In this document: piece by piece, positions 29,183 through 37,113 of the stretch
Position numbering within the stretch: position 1 is the stretch's first letter
Layout: every line of letters begins with the position of its first letter
From: Acidobacteriota bacterium
GTDB lineage: Bacteria; Acidobacteriota; UBA6911
Length of the DNA stretch: 64,000 nt
Direction: 5' to 3'
Assembly: GCA_963664705.1 (NCBI GenBank)
Contig: OY761556.1
Span: 3,744,001 to 3,808,000, forward strand
Program-made: the position numbers and the translations under genes
The notes under the pieces: model-generated
Databases searched by the model: none
Told to the model about the DNA's origin: nothing
What the model saw: the letters and a program-made list of their open reading frames with translations, nothing else

Positions 29183-30601
29183 GTGCCGTTTATTTCGTTG
29201 GCTGGCCTTTTCTTCATAGCTATTACAGCAACTATCTGCTGGATAAGTCCAGTCCGTTACAAACCTGCATTGTTGCTTATCTTTTCCTACGCGTTTTACT
29301 GCACATGGAATGCAGGAATGGCCTTGGTTCTGGGGGCGACAACAGGCATTTGCTATTGGGCGGCTTTGGAAATTGATCGTTTGCGTTCCGCCAACCAAAG
29401 AACGCTCTTGTTCACCGCCACAGTTGGCGCCTTCATTTTATTCATCTGCTTTTTTAAGCTCAGGGTACTACTCACACCTAATGCAGCCCTTGCTGTACCC
29501 TTGGGAATCTCCTACTATACATTCCGACTTATAAGCTACATAGTTGATGTGCATTGGGGTAAGATTCAACCCGAGCGTAGTGCAATTCGCTTTGCCGCGT
29601 TCATCGCCTTCTTTCCTCATTTGGTTGCCGGACCCATTCAGCGCGCGCATGAATTTCTGCCTCAAACATATGCCGACCGGGAAGGTTGGTCACCAAAGCC
29701 GTGGAAAGGTAGCCAGCGCATTCTTCTGGGATTTTTAAAAAAAATTGCCGTTGCAGATACGCTTGCGATGCTGGTTAATTATGGCTTCGCGCATGCAGGT
29801 GAATCATCAGCAGCACCAAGCATGCTGGCATTTTACCTATTTCCGCTTCAACTTTATTTTGATTTCTCGGGGCTGACCGATATCGCTGTTGGCATTGGAT
29901 TGCTATTCGGAATAGAGTCCCCGGAAAATTTCAATCACCCGTTCTCAGCGTCCAACATCTCTGAGTTTTGGCGGCGTTGGCACATAAGCCTTACCGAATG
30001 GCTGCGAGATTATGTTTTCATGCCCCTGCGAATGGCCTTGCGCGAATGGGGAAACTCCGGGCTTGTTATAAGCCTTACTGTCAACATGTTGCTTATAGCG
30101 CTGTGGCATGGTTTCCGAAGTAATTACCTGGTCTTCGGAATAATCCATTCAGCCTATTTAACATTTGACGTCCTATCATTGCCCTATCGCAAGCGATATT
30201 TTAAATCCCATGCCTCCGCAGCCAAAATTGCCGCCATTTTGGGTCCAGTTTTTACTTACAACCTAGTAGCCATCGCGAATATTTTTTTCCGGGCGTCTTC
30301 ATTCGCCGATGGTGCCCATCTGCTCGTCGGGTTGGCGGCAGGATATAAAAACTTCATTGAGGGAATAGCCTTAGCAATGGCCCCGCCCAACGGCCACGCT
30401 TGGGCCGCCTTACCTTTTGCTGCACTTGCCATACTGGGGGACTGGGCCCGAAAACAGTGGCCTGACATGTTATCCCAAATTGAGCCTCGATGGCTTCGTT
30501 GGTCCGCCGGCATGGCAATTGTGGTCTCCACTATCTTTGTGGCACTGATGATGGCGGCCGGCCGCCATGAAGCGAATCCTTTTCTATATGAAAATTTCTA
30601 G
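29183..30601 (+). CDS. MBOAT O-acyltransferase (AlgI/DltB-like) with C-terminal FxYxxF motif
   Basis: PLGISYYTF, FFPHLVAGPI, YFDFSG, FWRRWHISL, catalytic LWHG; ends NPFLYENF; GTG start after GAGGA. Confidence 0.93.
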   Translation: MPFISLAGLFFIAITATICWISPVRYKPALLLIFSYAFYCTWNAGMALVLGATTGICYWAALEIDRLRSANQRTLLFTATVGAFILFICFFKLRVLLTPNAALAVPLGISYYTFRLISYIVDVHWGKIQPERSAIRFAAFIAFFPHLVAGPIQRAHEFLPQTYADREGWSPKPWKGSQRILLGFLKKIAVADTLAMLVNYGFAHAGESSAAPSMLAFYLFPLQLYFDFSGLTDIAVGIGLLFGIESPENFNHPFSASNISEFWRRWHISLTEWLRDYVFMPLRMALREWGNSGLVISLTVNMLLIALWHGFRSNYLVFGIIHSAYLTFDVLSLPYRKRYFKSHASAAKIAAILGPVFTYNLVAIANIFFRASSFADGAHLLVGLAAGYKNFIEGIALAMAPPNGHAWAALPFAALAILGDWARKQWPDMLSQIEPRWLRWSAGMAIVVSTIFVALMMAAGRHEANPFLYENF

Positions 30602-31790
30602 GGATTGCACCCTTGTTTTTGCCGTATGTCTACTCATCATAGGCTTGATTGAACTTAGTATTCGGATATCAGGTCTTAAGTTTGAGCCATCTTTATACGA
30701 GCCCCACCCCATCCTTTATACCGTATTTCGGCCAAATGCCGAGGGTTGGACTAGCGAAGAGGGCGAAAACTATGTTCGTATCAATAGCTTAGGCATGCGG
30801 GACCGCGAGCGCACAGTTCAATCGCAGGCAGGCACCATTCGTCTGGCCCTATTGGGAGACTCAATGGTGGCCGCCCAGCAAGTCCGCTTGGAAGAGACAA
30901 TGGCGCAGGTTATGGAACAGGCACTAGATCGAACTATGAAAGGCTCTGGGCAGGGCCGAGTAGAAGTATTGAATTTTGGAGTCGGCGGGTACGCCTTGTC
31001 GCAAATGTATTTATCGCTTAATGATAGGATTTGGGCATTCCACCCCAATATCATTGCCGTTTTCGTTTCTGGCTTTACAGTACCCAATAGCTATCGAAAG
31101 ACCAAATCTATGGATAACCTGCCGTTTTTTTCCATGAAGGGCACGGACCTAATCCCTGATCCAGAAAACAACCCACCTGAGGAAATTGGCTCGAATAGCA
31201 AATTTTGGCACAAGGTATTTGGCGACCTTCATAACCAGTTCCGTGTACTTCAACTGGTCCGCGCCGCACAGCAAACAGGATGGCAGAAAGCTTTAGCATG
31301 GTCCAAAACCACTCCCTCTACTCAGGAAAAGCCCAAACCTGACGAGTTAATGCGCATATGGCCTTATCTGCCACCGAAAACCTCAGAACTGGCAATGGCT
31401 TGGAATATTACTGAAGCAATCCTGGGCCGCATGATAGCTGAGGCTCGCAAGCATGGTGTTGAATTCTGGCTGATCCAAATTGGCAGTGATATTGACGAAG
31501 ATCCCCGCGAGGCCAAGCGGGAGCAATTTCTTCAAATAAACCATCTTGCCAGTTTTGATTACGCAACACAACGCTACGCGGATTTCGCCGCGCGTCAAGG
31601 AGTATACTTCCTAGATCTTGGCAAGCCTATGCGTGAATACTCGACAGTAACACATACTTCCTTAAGGGGATTCTTCAACACGATTCCCTACAAAGGCCAT
31701 TGGAACGAGTCTGGAAATGCGGCCGCTGCCAACATTGTTAGGAGAGAACTCCTGCAAAGGAGTAGGGTCTTTTCATCGATATTGCATTGA
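30588..31790 (+). CDS. Membrane-anchored SGNH-fold protein (AlgJ/AlgX/DltD-like acyl-transfer partner)
   Basis: N-terminal TM, INSLGMR, LGDSM, NFGVGGY, GHWNESG; overlaps MBOAT stop; alternative start 30567. Confidence 0.8.
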   Translation: MKISRDCTLVFAVCLLIIGLIELSIRISGLKFEPSLYEPHPILYTVFRPNAEGWTSEEGENYVRINSLGMRDRERTVQSQAGTIRLALLGDSMVAAQQVRLEETMAQVMEQALDRTMKGSGQGRVEVLNFGVGGYALSQMYLSLNDRIWAFHPNIIAVFVSGFTVPNSYRKTKSMDNLPFFSMKGTDLIPDPENNPPEEIGSNSKFWHKVFGDLHNQFRVLQLVRAAQQTGWQKALAWSKTTPSTQEKPKPDELMRIWPYLPPKTSELAMAWNITEAILGRMIAEARKHGVEFWLIQIGSDIDEDPREAKREQFLQINHLASFDYATQRYADFAARQGVYFLDLGKPMREYSTVTHTSLRGFFNTIPYKGHWNESGNAAAANIVRRELLQRSRVFSSILH

Positions 31791-32026
31791 ATGTGACGTC
31801 GATCTACTGATCCATCATGATCCTCCCGGCCGATCCTTTTTGATTTATTCGGGTAATCTAAAACCATATCGGCAAAACCAATTGCGGTGAGTCCCGTTCA
31901 CATTATCACTCCCATTTTTTGATCCCCTTTTAGGTTATCAAAATCACGATGACACATGCTTACAAACGGAACGGTACGACCACTCTTTTTGCTGCTATGG
32001 TTCCATTTGGAGCAGCGGAATTCGGG

Positions 32027-32770
32027 CTAGGTCTTGGAAAACACCAGATGGATCCAATTGGCATGCGGGCGCGAACAAAGGCGCTGAATCTCGTTGCTTC
32101 TGGCTGCTAACGAAGAACAGGCTCTGGACCACAGTGTTCTTTGCGCAGGCGGCGAAATCAACTTGGAACCACAGTGAAGGCATGGTTCTTCCTGATCATA
32201 TGTCCCCCATGGATTTCCTGCGAGATCCATGAGAACCGCGGAAAAGCGGTTTGTCCGGGCATTGTTTGTTCCTACAAATGATTTGGAACTAACTGCTAAA
32301 CCATTAAATAGCCTGGCAAGTTGCTCTTCATCAAAGCTGTTGATATGCCCCCACGGCGGATTTGTCTTCCCGCATGTCTGACACGTAGTTCGACAAAAGC
32401 GAATATCCTGTTTAAATGGTACACCTATAACAATTTCACATCTGGCAACTCGCGCAATCTCGCGGCAAGCAAGCTCAAGGTCGCGAATGTGCTCCAATAC
32501 TTCGGTGCAAAACACACAATCGAACGAATTGTCCGGGAATTGAAGGGACGTTACGTCTCCTTGGATCGTAACAACACCAGGATGCGTAAAACTTGGCTTC
32601 TGCAGATCCATGGCGACCACTTCAGTAAAATACTGCTTGAGAAGCACGGAAAAATAGCCATCCCGTGCACCGATATCAAGCACTGAGTGCCGGTTCTTGG
32701 GCACAATACGCAGGAGGTCTGTTGTGCGATGTGTTTCGTTGGCACTGGCACGGTATTGTTCCAGATTCAT
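32027..32770 (-). CDS. Class I SAM-dependent methyltransferase with two CxxC motifs
   Basis: VLDIGARDG, FPDNSFDCVFCTEVLEH; CQTC and CLHC. Confidence 0.85.
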   Translation of the reverse strand: MNLEQYRASANETHRTTDLLRIVPKNRHSVLDIGARDGYFSVLLKQYFTEVVAMDLQKPSFTHPGVVTIQGDVTSLQFPDNSFDCVFCTEVLEHIRDLELACREIARVARCEIVIGVPFKQDIRFCRTTCQTCGKTNPPWGHINSFDEEQLARLFNGLAVSSKSFVGTNNARTNRFSAVLMDLAGNPWGTYDQEEPCLHCGSKLISPPAQRTLWSRACSSLAARSNEIQRLCSRPHANWIHLVFSKT

Positions 32771-32808
32771 CTTGCCTTTATATCCTCACCCGGACTGACA
32801 CCAAACTG

Positions 32809-33852
32809 TTATTGTCTGTGAGCCGCTAGCTCCTGGTTAACCGCTGAAGGATTAACCATACCAAATGCGCCGACAAGCAGACAATTAACCAAAACAGGCA
32901 AAGCCGGAAGCCAATAACGAACCTCCCACCAATAGCCTATAACGCCCAAGAGCATCATATATGGCACCAAGGCTAAGGCAAAGCTTTGCAAAAAACGATT
33001 TGAACGAAATATGCCCTTACAGATAAATACAAAAATTGGACCTATTACCAGAAAGTTAATCCCCGCCGCATAGGTTGCATTTCTAAAATTGCCCGCAATA
33101 GCAGTAGCTACAAAAAAGGTGGAAGGCCTGTATCCAACAACCAAATGCACAATGGCATAGGCCACTACCCATAAAAGCAAGCCTCCCACGGCAAAGCGCA
33201 ATATTTTGCCTGTACGAAGGCTCCTTAATGTAGGCGGCGTGGGAAATGCATAAATAAGAAACCCGAGCGGCAAGTAAACGCTTGTCTCCCGGACGAGTGC
33301 TCCAACAATCATCAACGGCAACAAGAGCCAGTATCGTTTTTGCAACACCAGCCACATTCCGAACACGATCAGCATGGCCTCCCAAAAGGACCATGGATGG
33401 AAGTAGTGGTCGCGGAATGTTAGAAAGATAATGACGGTAGAGAAGACAATTCCGAAAAGTCCGTAGACTGGTTCCCACCATTGACGAATAATCAGGTAGA
33501 GGAAGGCAAGAAAGCCCGCAAATGCAATCCAATTCAGAATCACATAAGCGGTGTTGAATGCGCGCCTTGAATAGTGCTCGCTTCCCTTCGATGGATTGTT
33601 TGCGAGCTCAAAGTGCTGAATAACATGGGCTAAGGTATCGGCGGCAATAGGGATCAGGATTCTGTACCGATATTGATAGGGAGCCTCGCCATTCAGTATG
33701 GCGTTGTGAAGAATATACCGCCTCTCTTCGTTCGGAGCTTCGATTCGCTGCCAATACTCGAAAACCAGAATCGCGGATAGCTGCAAGATCATTGCAATCG
33801 ACAACCAAAAAGTTTTCCTGTTCGAAAAACTCCGGTGCTTAGCTTCTATCAT
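32809..33852 (-). CDS. Polytopic membrane protein, possibly GT-C-like glycan modifier
   Basis: About 9 hydrophobic segments, APYQYRYRILIP loop, LVRET; function inferred. Confidence 0.6.
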   Translation of the reverse strand: MIEAKHRSFSNRKTFWLSIAMILQLSAILVFEYWQRIEAPNEERRYILHNAILNGEAPYQYRYRILIPIAADTLAHVIQHFELANNPSKGSEHYSRRAFNTAYVILNWIAFAGFLAFLYLIIRQWWEPVYGLFGIVFSTVIIFLTFRDHYFHPWSFWEAMLIVFGMWLVLQKRYWLLLPLMIVGALVRETSVYLPLGFLIYAFPTPPTLRSLRTGKILRFAVGGLLLWVVAYAIVHLVVGYRPSTFFVATAIAGNFRNATYAAGINFLVIGPIFVFICKGIFRSNRFLQSFALALVPYMMLLGVIGYWWEVRYWLPALPVLVNCLLVGAFGMVNPSAVNQELAAHRQ

Positions 33853-33889
33853 ATCCGCTCCATGCAGCCAATCCCCTCTTGCCCCTGTG

Positions 33890-34696
33890 TTATTGCTTCT
33901 GTATCTCGTCCCCTAATTCATGCACTCTGACAGCCATCGCCGCTGAAGCACTAGAACAGGTTTTTCTTTTTGCAAAAAGACAAAGGCCGGCTAAACCCGT
34001 ACCCAGAAGCAGCAGCGAAGCAGGCTCAGGAGAATGCACACCGGGGTAATTCGGATCAGACAGGGCACTCCCATACTGGAAGCTGACATTGGAAATGTCT
34101 GAGAGCTGAAATCCCGTCGGAAGATTGCCCATCGTGAAGATAACAGAGTCCTTGATCAATCCTCCACTGCCAAGGATATTCCCCTTTGCTCCCGTGCCGG
34201 GGTTATCCCCCGATGAAAGCAGGCCATAATCCCCGCCGCCTACCGAGTCCGGCCCGGCAAGATTTGAACCGGGAAAGAGATTTGAAGGACCGAAAAGACC
34301 AAAGCCGGCGCTGGCAATCCCTTCATTCGCGCCATTTGGAGCCCCGGCCAAGCCGTTTTTATAAGCCCACTCCCCCCCGACAATACCTCCCACAGGCTGT
34401 CCCTGCGGATCATAAAGCACCGAACTGCCCGGCCCCAACAAGGCCGAGGTCCGGCTCAACAATGGATTGCCGGAAATGTTAAAAAACAGGCCTGTAAGAA
34501 CCTGGGTTTCAACGAGCACATCGCCGGATCCCGTATTCGAGAGTGTCACAAAGAGATTGGATCCCGAAATTGTAAATACCGCCGTAGCTCCCAATCCGCC
34601 GTTAGCAAACTGGTATTTAACGGTATCCGCCATAAGCGGAGCTGCGGTTAATGCCGACAGGAAAACTGCAAAGACAAGAAGTCGAGGCTTCCTCAT
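33890..34696 (-). CDS. PEP-CTERM surface protein (XDD4-like, tentative) with extended C-terminal tail
   Basis: Signal peptide MRKPRLLVFAVF..APLMA; SPEPASLLLLGTGLAGLCLFAKRK followed by an atypical 23-aa tail. Confidence 0.9.
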   Translation of the reverse strand: MRKPRLLVFAVFLSALTAAPLMADTVKYQFANGGLGATAVFTISGSNLFVTLSNTGSGDVLVETQVLTGLFFNISGNPLLSRTSALLGPGSSVLYDPQGQPVGGIVGGEWAYKNGLAGAPNGANEGIASAGFGLFGPSNLFPGSNLAGPDSVGGGDYGLLSSGDNPGTGAKGNILGSGGLIKDSVIFTMGNLPTGFQLSDISNVSFQYGSALSDPNYPGVHSPEPASLLLLGTGLAGLCLFAKRKTCSSASAAMAVRVHELGDEIQKQ

Positions 34697-34841
34697 ATCG
34701 TTCCATCCTTTTTTTGATAACACCTTTCCTATCGGCATCTGCTTTGAATTGAATCACATAGATTGTCTCTGACCCCGGAATATATGGAGATCAGGCAGAA
34801 ATGAAAAATTTGTGGATGGAATTTGAAAAATCTCCCTAAAT

Positions 34842-34961
34842 TGTAAAAAAGCTCGACATTTTTCGACTTTGCCCCCACAAAGCGCATATGTTTTTTATTA
34901 TCAATCACTTATATAATTCTGTCTTCAAATCGCAGGCGATAATATGTAAACGTAATTTACA
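34842..34961. promoter_or_regulatory. Two TGT-N11-ACA boxes with an IHF-consensus site between divergent PEP-CTERM genes
   Basis: tgtaaaaaagctcgaca (34842-34858), tatcaatcactta (34899-34911, matches WATCAANNNNTTR), tgtaaacgtaatttaca (34945-34961). Confidence 0.65.
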
Positions 34962-35073
34962 ATCCGGGTACCCGAATAAGCTGCCTTTTTGAATTGCTGC
35001 GTGGGGGGAGACTAACATAAATGTTTTCAATCACATACCGGACCGTTACCAAAGCATCCATCTACTGCAATTA

Positions 35074-35089
35074 TGGCCACTAAATTGCA
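35074..35089 (+). promoter_or_regulatory. Putative sigma54 -24/-12 promoter
   Basis: TGGC-CACTAAA-TTGCA, canonical spacing, about 30 nt before ATG 35119. Confidence 0.75.
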
Positions 35090-35118
35090 TATATCAGTAC
35101 GGAATTAAGGAGAACGAT

Positions 35119-35760
35119 ATGAAAATCAGATTGCTCGTTGTGCTAATGTTGATCAGCATGGCCTCAAGCTTGTACGCCCTTCCTGTCTATGACGCTACAT
35201 TTCAGGGCGTCACATTCACTTTCACGAAACTTGACGCCGATACGCTGAAATTTGAACTCAAAGGCACGCCTAGCGGCGATTGGACTGGCGTGCAGTTCCT
35301 GGGAGCCTTTGCCCTCAAAGGGCTAGGAATAGATTTCACCTCAGCATCAGGCACTGCTAACGGCCCGGGAGCAACTGATCTGGTAAGCCTTAACACTCAG
35401 CTTTCCGCAAATAATTTTGACTGTTCGGAAACCGCGGGCGGGCAAAAAGGAATCGGATGCTGGGACATTGATCCCGATGTTGCCTTGGGTGGATCGCCCT
35501 TTGATTTTGTCTATGATATTGACTTCTCGGCGCCTCTGAATATTTCCACAGATGGAGTACACCTCCAGATTGTTTTCACCAATACGGCAGGCGGAGGCAA
35601 AGTCGGAAGCTTGTACTCCCAAAATGTTGGCTCCTCGTCAGGCACGGCATCCAGCGGAACCGGATCCAGCGGCCAGGTACCGGAACCGGCGACAGGTTCT
35701 CTCGTTCTGATCGGCTTGGCCCTGGTGGGCGCCGGATTCAAGCTTCGTCGCCGATCCTAA
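35119..35760 (+). CDS. PEP-CTERM surface protein with Ser/Gly/Thr linker
   Basis: AAGGAG RBS, signal peptide, SSSGTASSGTGSSGQ-VPEP-TM-KLRRRS. Confidence 0.95.
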   Translation: MKIRLLVVLMLISMASSLYALPVYDATFQGVTFTFTKLDADTLKFELKGTPSGDWTGVQFLGAFALKGLGIDFTSASGTANGPGATDLVSLNTQLSANNFDCSETAGGQKGIGCWDIDPDVALGGSPFDFVYDIDFSAPLNISTDGVHLQIVFTNTAGGGKVGSLYSQNVGSSSGTASSGTGSSGQVPEPATGSLVLIGLALVGAGFKLRRRS

Positions 35761-35791
35761 AACCGATCTTTCAATCGCTCTCGATCTACCT

Positions 35792-35836
35792 AAGAGCAAA
35801 AGCCCAAAAACAAAAGGGCTTTTGCTCTTTTTTTTT
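35792..35836 (+). terminator. Intrinsic terminator
   Basis: aagagcaaaagccc / gggcttttgctctt stem followed by a T run. Confidence 0.85.
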
Positions 35837-35858
35837 CGGCAGGTTTATTGCTTAATCA

Positions 35859-36980
35859 ATGCCTGGAGACGATGTGCCTGGAGTGAACGAATCCGCGCTT
35901 CCTATTATCGAACCATCTTCCTTTGCGCTGCGCATGCAGGGACTCGCTGCTTCCGCCGCAGTAGTCGTGCTTTCCTGTGCCGCCTACCGCTATGCTCCTT
36001 TTGACTACACACGGGCTCAGTTTGGCAAGCTGTACGGTTCGGAAAGCCTGCCGTTTACCGCTGAAGAGTTCCTTTGGTCCGCGGCAACCATTTATGTCCT
36101 TCTGCTGGCTGCCTATTTTATTGCCGTTCGTAATGCGGGAACGGCAAAGGCATTGCGCGCTGTCAGGATAGCCCTTGCCTTTGTCCGCAACCCCGGCTCC
36201 TTCATTCGTAATGGACTGGCGGCGGAAGATCGGATCGCGGCCCTGTCAACTCTGCTCAAGGCCTTCTTCGCGCCCATGATGACGATATCGCTCCTGGCTT
36301 TCTCCCAGGGCGCCTTCGAAAACGGTGCCGTACTGCTTGCAGGCAATTCTTTTCAAAGCGGCATATTCGTATTGCTCGAGCGCCATGGTTTTTGGTTTTT
36401 CATGCAGCTTATCTGCTTCGTCGATGTCTCGATCTTTACCTTCGGCTATCTGATCGAGCTGCCGCTGCTGCGAAATGAGATTCGCTCGGTGGAACCCACG
36501 CTTCTGGGCTGGAGTGCCGCATTGGCATGCTACCCTCCGTTCAACCTTATTACGGGTTTTATCCTTGGATCTACCGTAAGCGATTTCCCTCAGTTCGAGA
36601 ATCCGACGATTCACGTCATCCTCGATGCCTTGCTGCTGCTTCTGATGGCGGTCTATGCCTCTGCATCCGTCGCTCTGGGATGGAGGGCCAGCAACCTGAC
36701 TCATCGCGGAATCGTCAGCCGCGGTCCCTATGCCATTGTTCGGCACCCGGCCTACATCAGCAAAAACCTCTCCTGGTGGATAGGATCATTCCCTATCGTT
36801 GGCACGGCTTTCGCCAAATCCCCCATTGCGGGATTGTGGGCCATTCTGTCGATGTTTGCCTGGTCCATGCTTTATTTCCTGCGTGCGGTTACGGAGGAAG
36901 ATCACCTGCGCCGTGTTAACAAAGAGTACGACGCTTACGCCGCCCGCGTGCGCTATCGATTCATCCCCGGCATTATATAA
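35859..36980 (+). CDS. ICMT/PEMT-family integral membrane methyltransferase
   Basis: SNLTHRGIVSRGPYAIVRHPAY, RAVTEEDHL, Y..Y...VRYRFIPG. Confidence 0.85.
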   Translation: MPGDDVPGVNESALPIIEPSSFALRMQGLAASAAVVVLSCAAYRYAPFDYTRAQFGKLYGSESLPFTAEEFLWSAATIYVLLLAAYFIAVRNAGTAKALRAVRIALAFVRNPGSFIRNGLAAEDRIAALSTLLKAFFAPMMTISLLAFSQGAFENGAVLLAGNSFQSGIFVLLERHGFWFFMQLICFVDVSIFTFGYLIELPLLRNEIRSVEPTLLGWSAALACYPPFNLITGFILGSTVSDFPQFENPTIHVILDALLLLLMAVYASASVALGWRASNLTHRGIVSRGPYAIVRHPAYISKNLSWWIGSFPIVGTAFAKSPIAGLWAILSMFAWSMLYFLRAVTEEDHLRRVNKEYDAYAARVRYRFIPGII

Positions 36981-37014
36981 AAGCGCCCGATCCGGCGAGG
37001 ATCCGGGCTTCCTA

Positions 37015-37059
37015 AACGAAGAAAGGCCCCGGGCAATTTGCCTGGGGCCTTTCTTCGTT
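37015..37059. terminator. Bidirectional terminator-like hairpin between convergent genes
   Basis: aacgaagaaaggccccgggcaa-t-ttgcctggggcctttcttcgtt. Confidence 0.75.
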
Positions 37060-37113
37060 CAAGCAGGTGCGTCTCGGCAGTGCTGCTCTCTACTGCTGCG
37101 GATAGGAATCGGT

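Noticed and set aside
31800-31990. Possible glycosyltransferase remnant on the minus strand (VVVP..., DHDGSVD)
   Set aside because: Only short chance-level motifs in different frames; needs BLASTX
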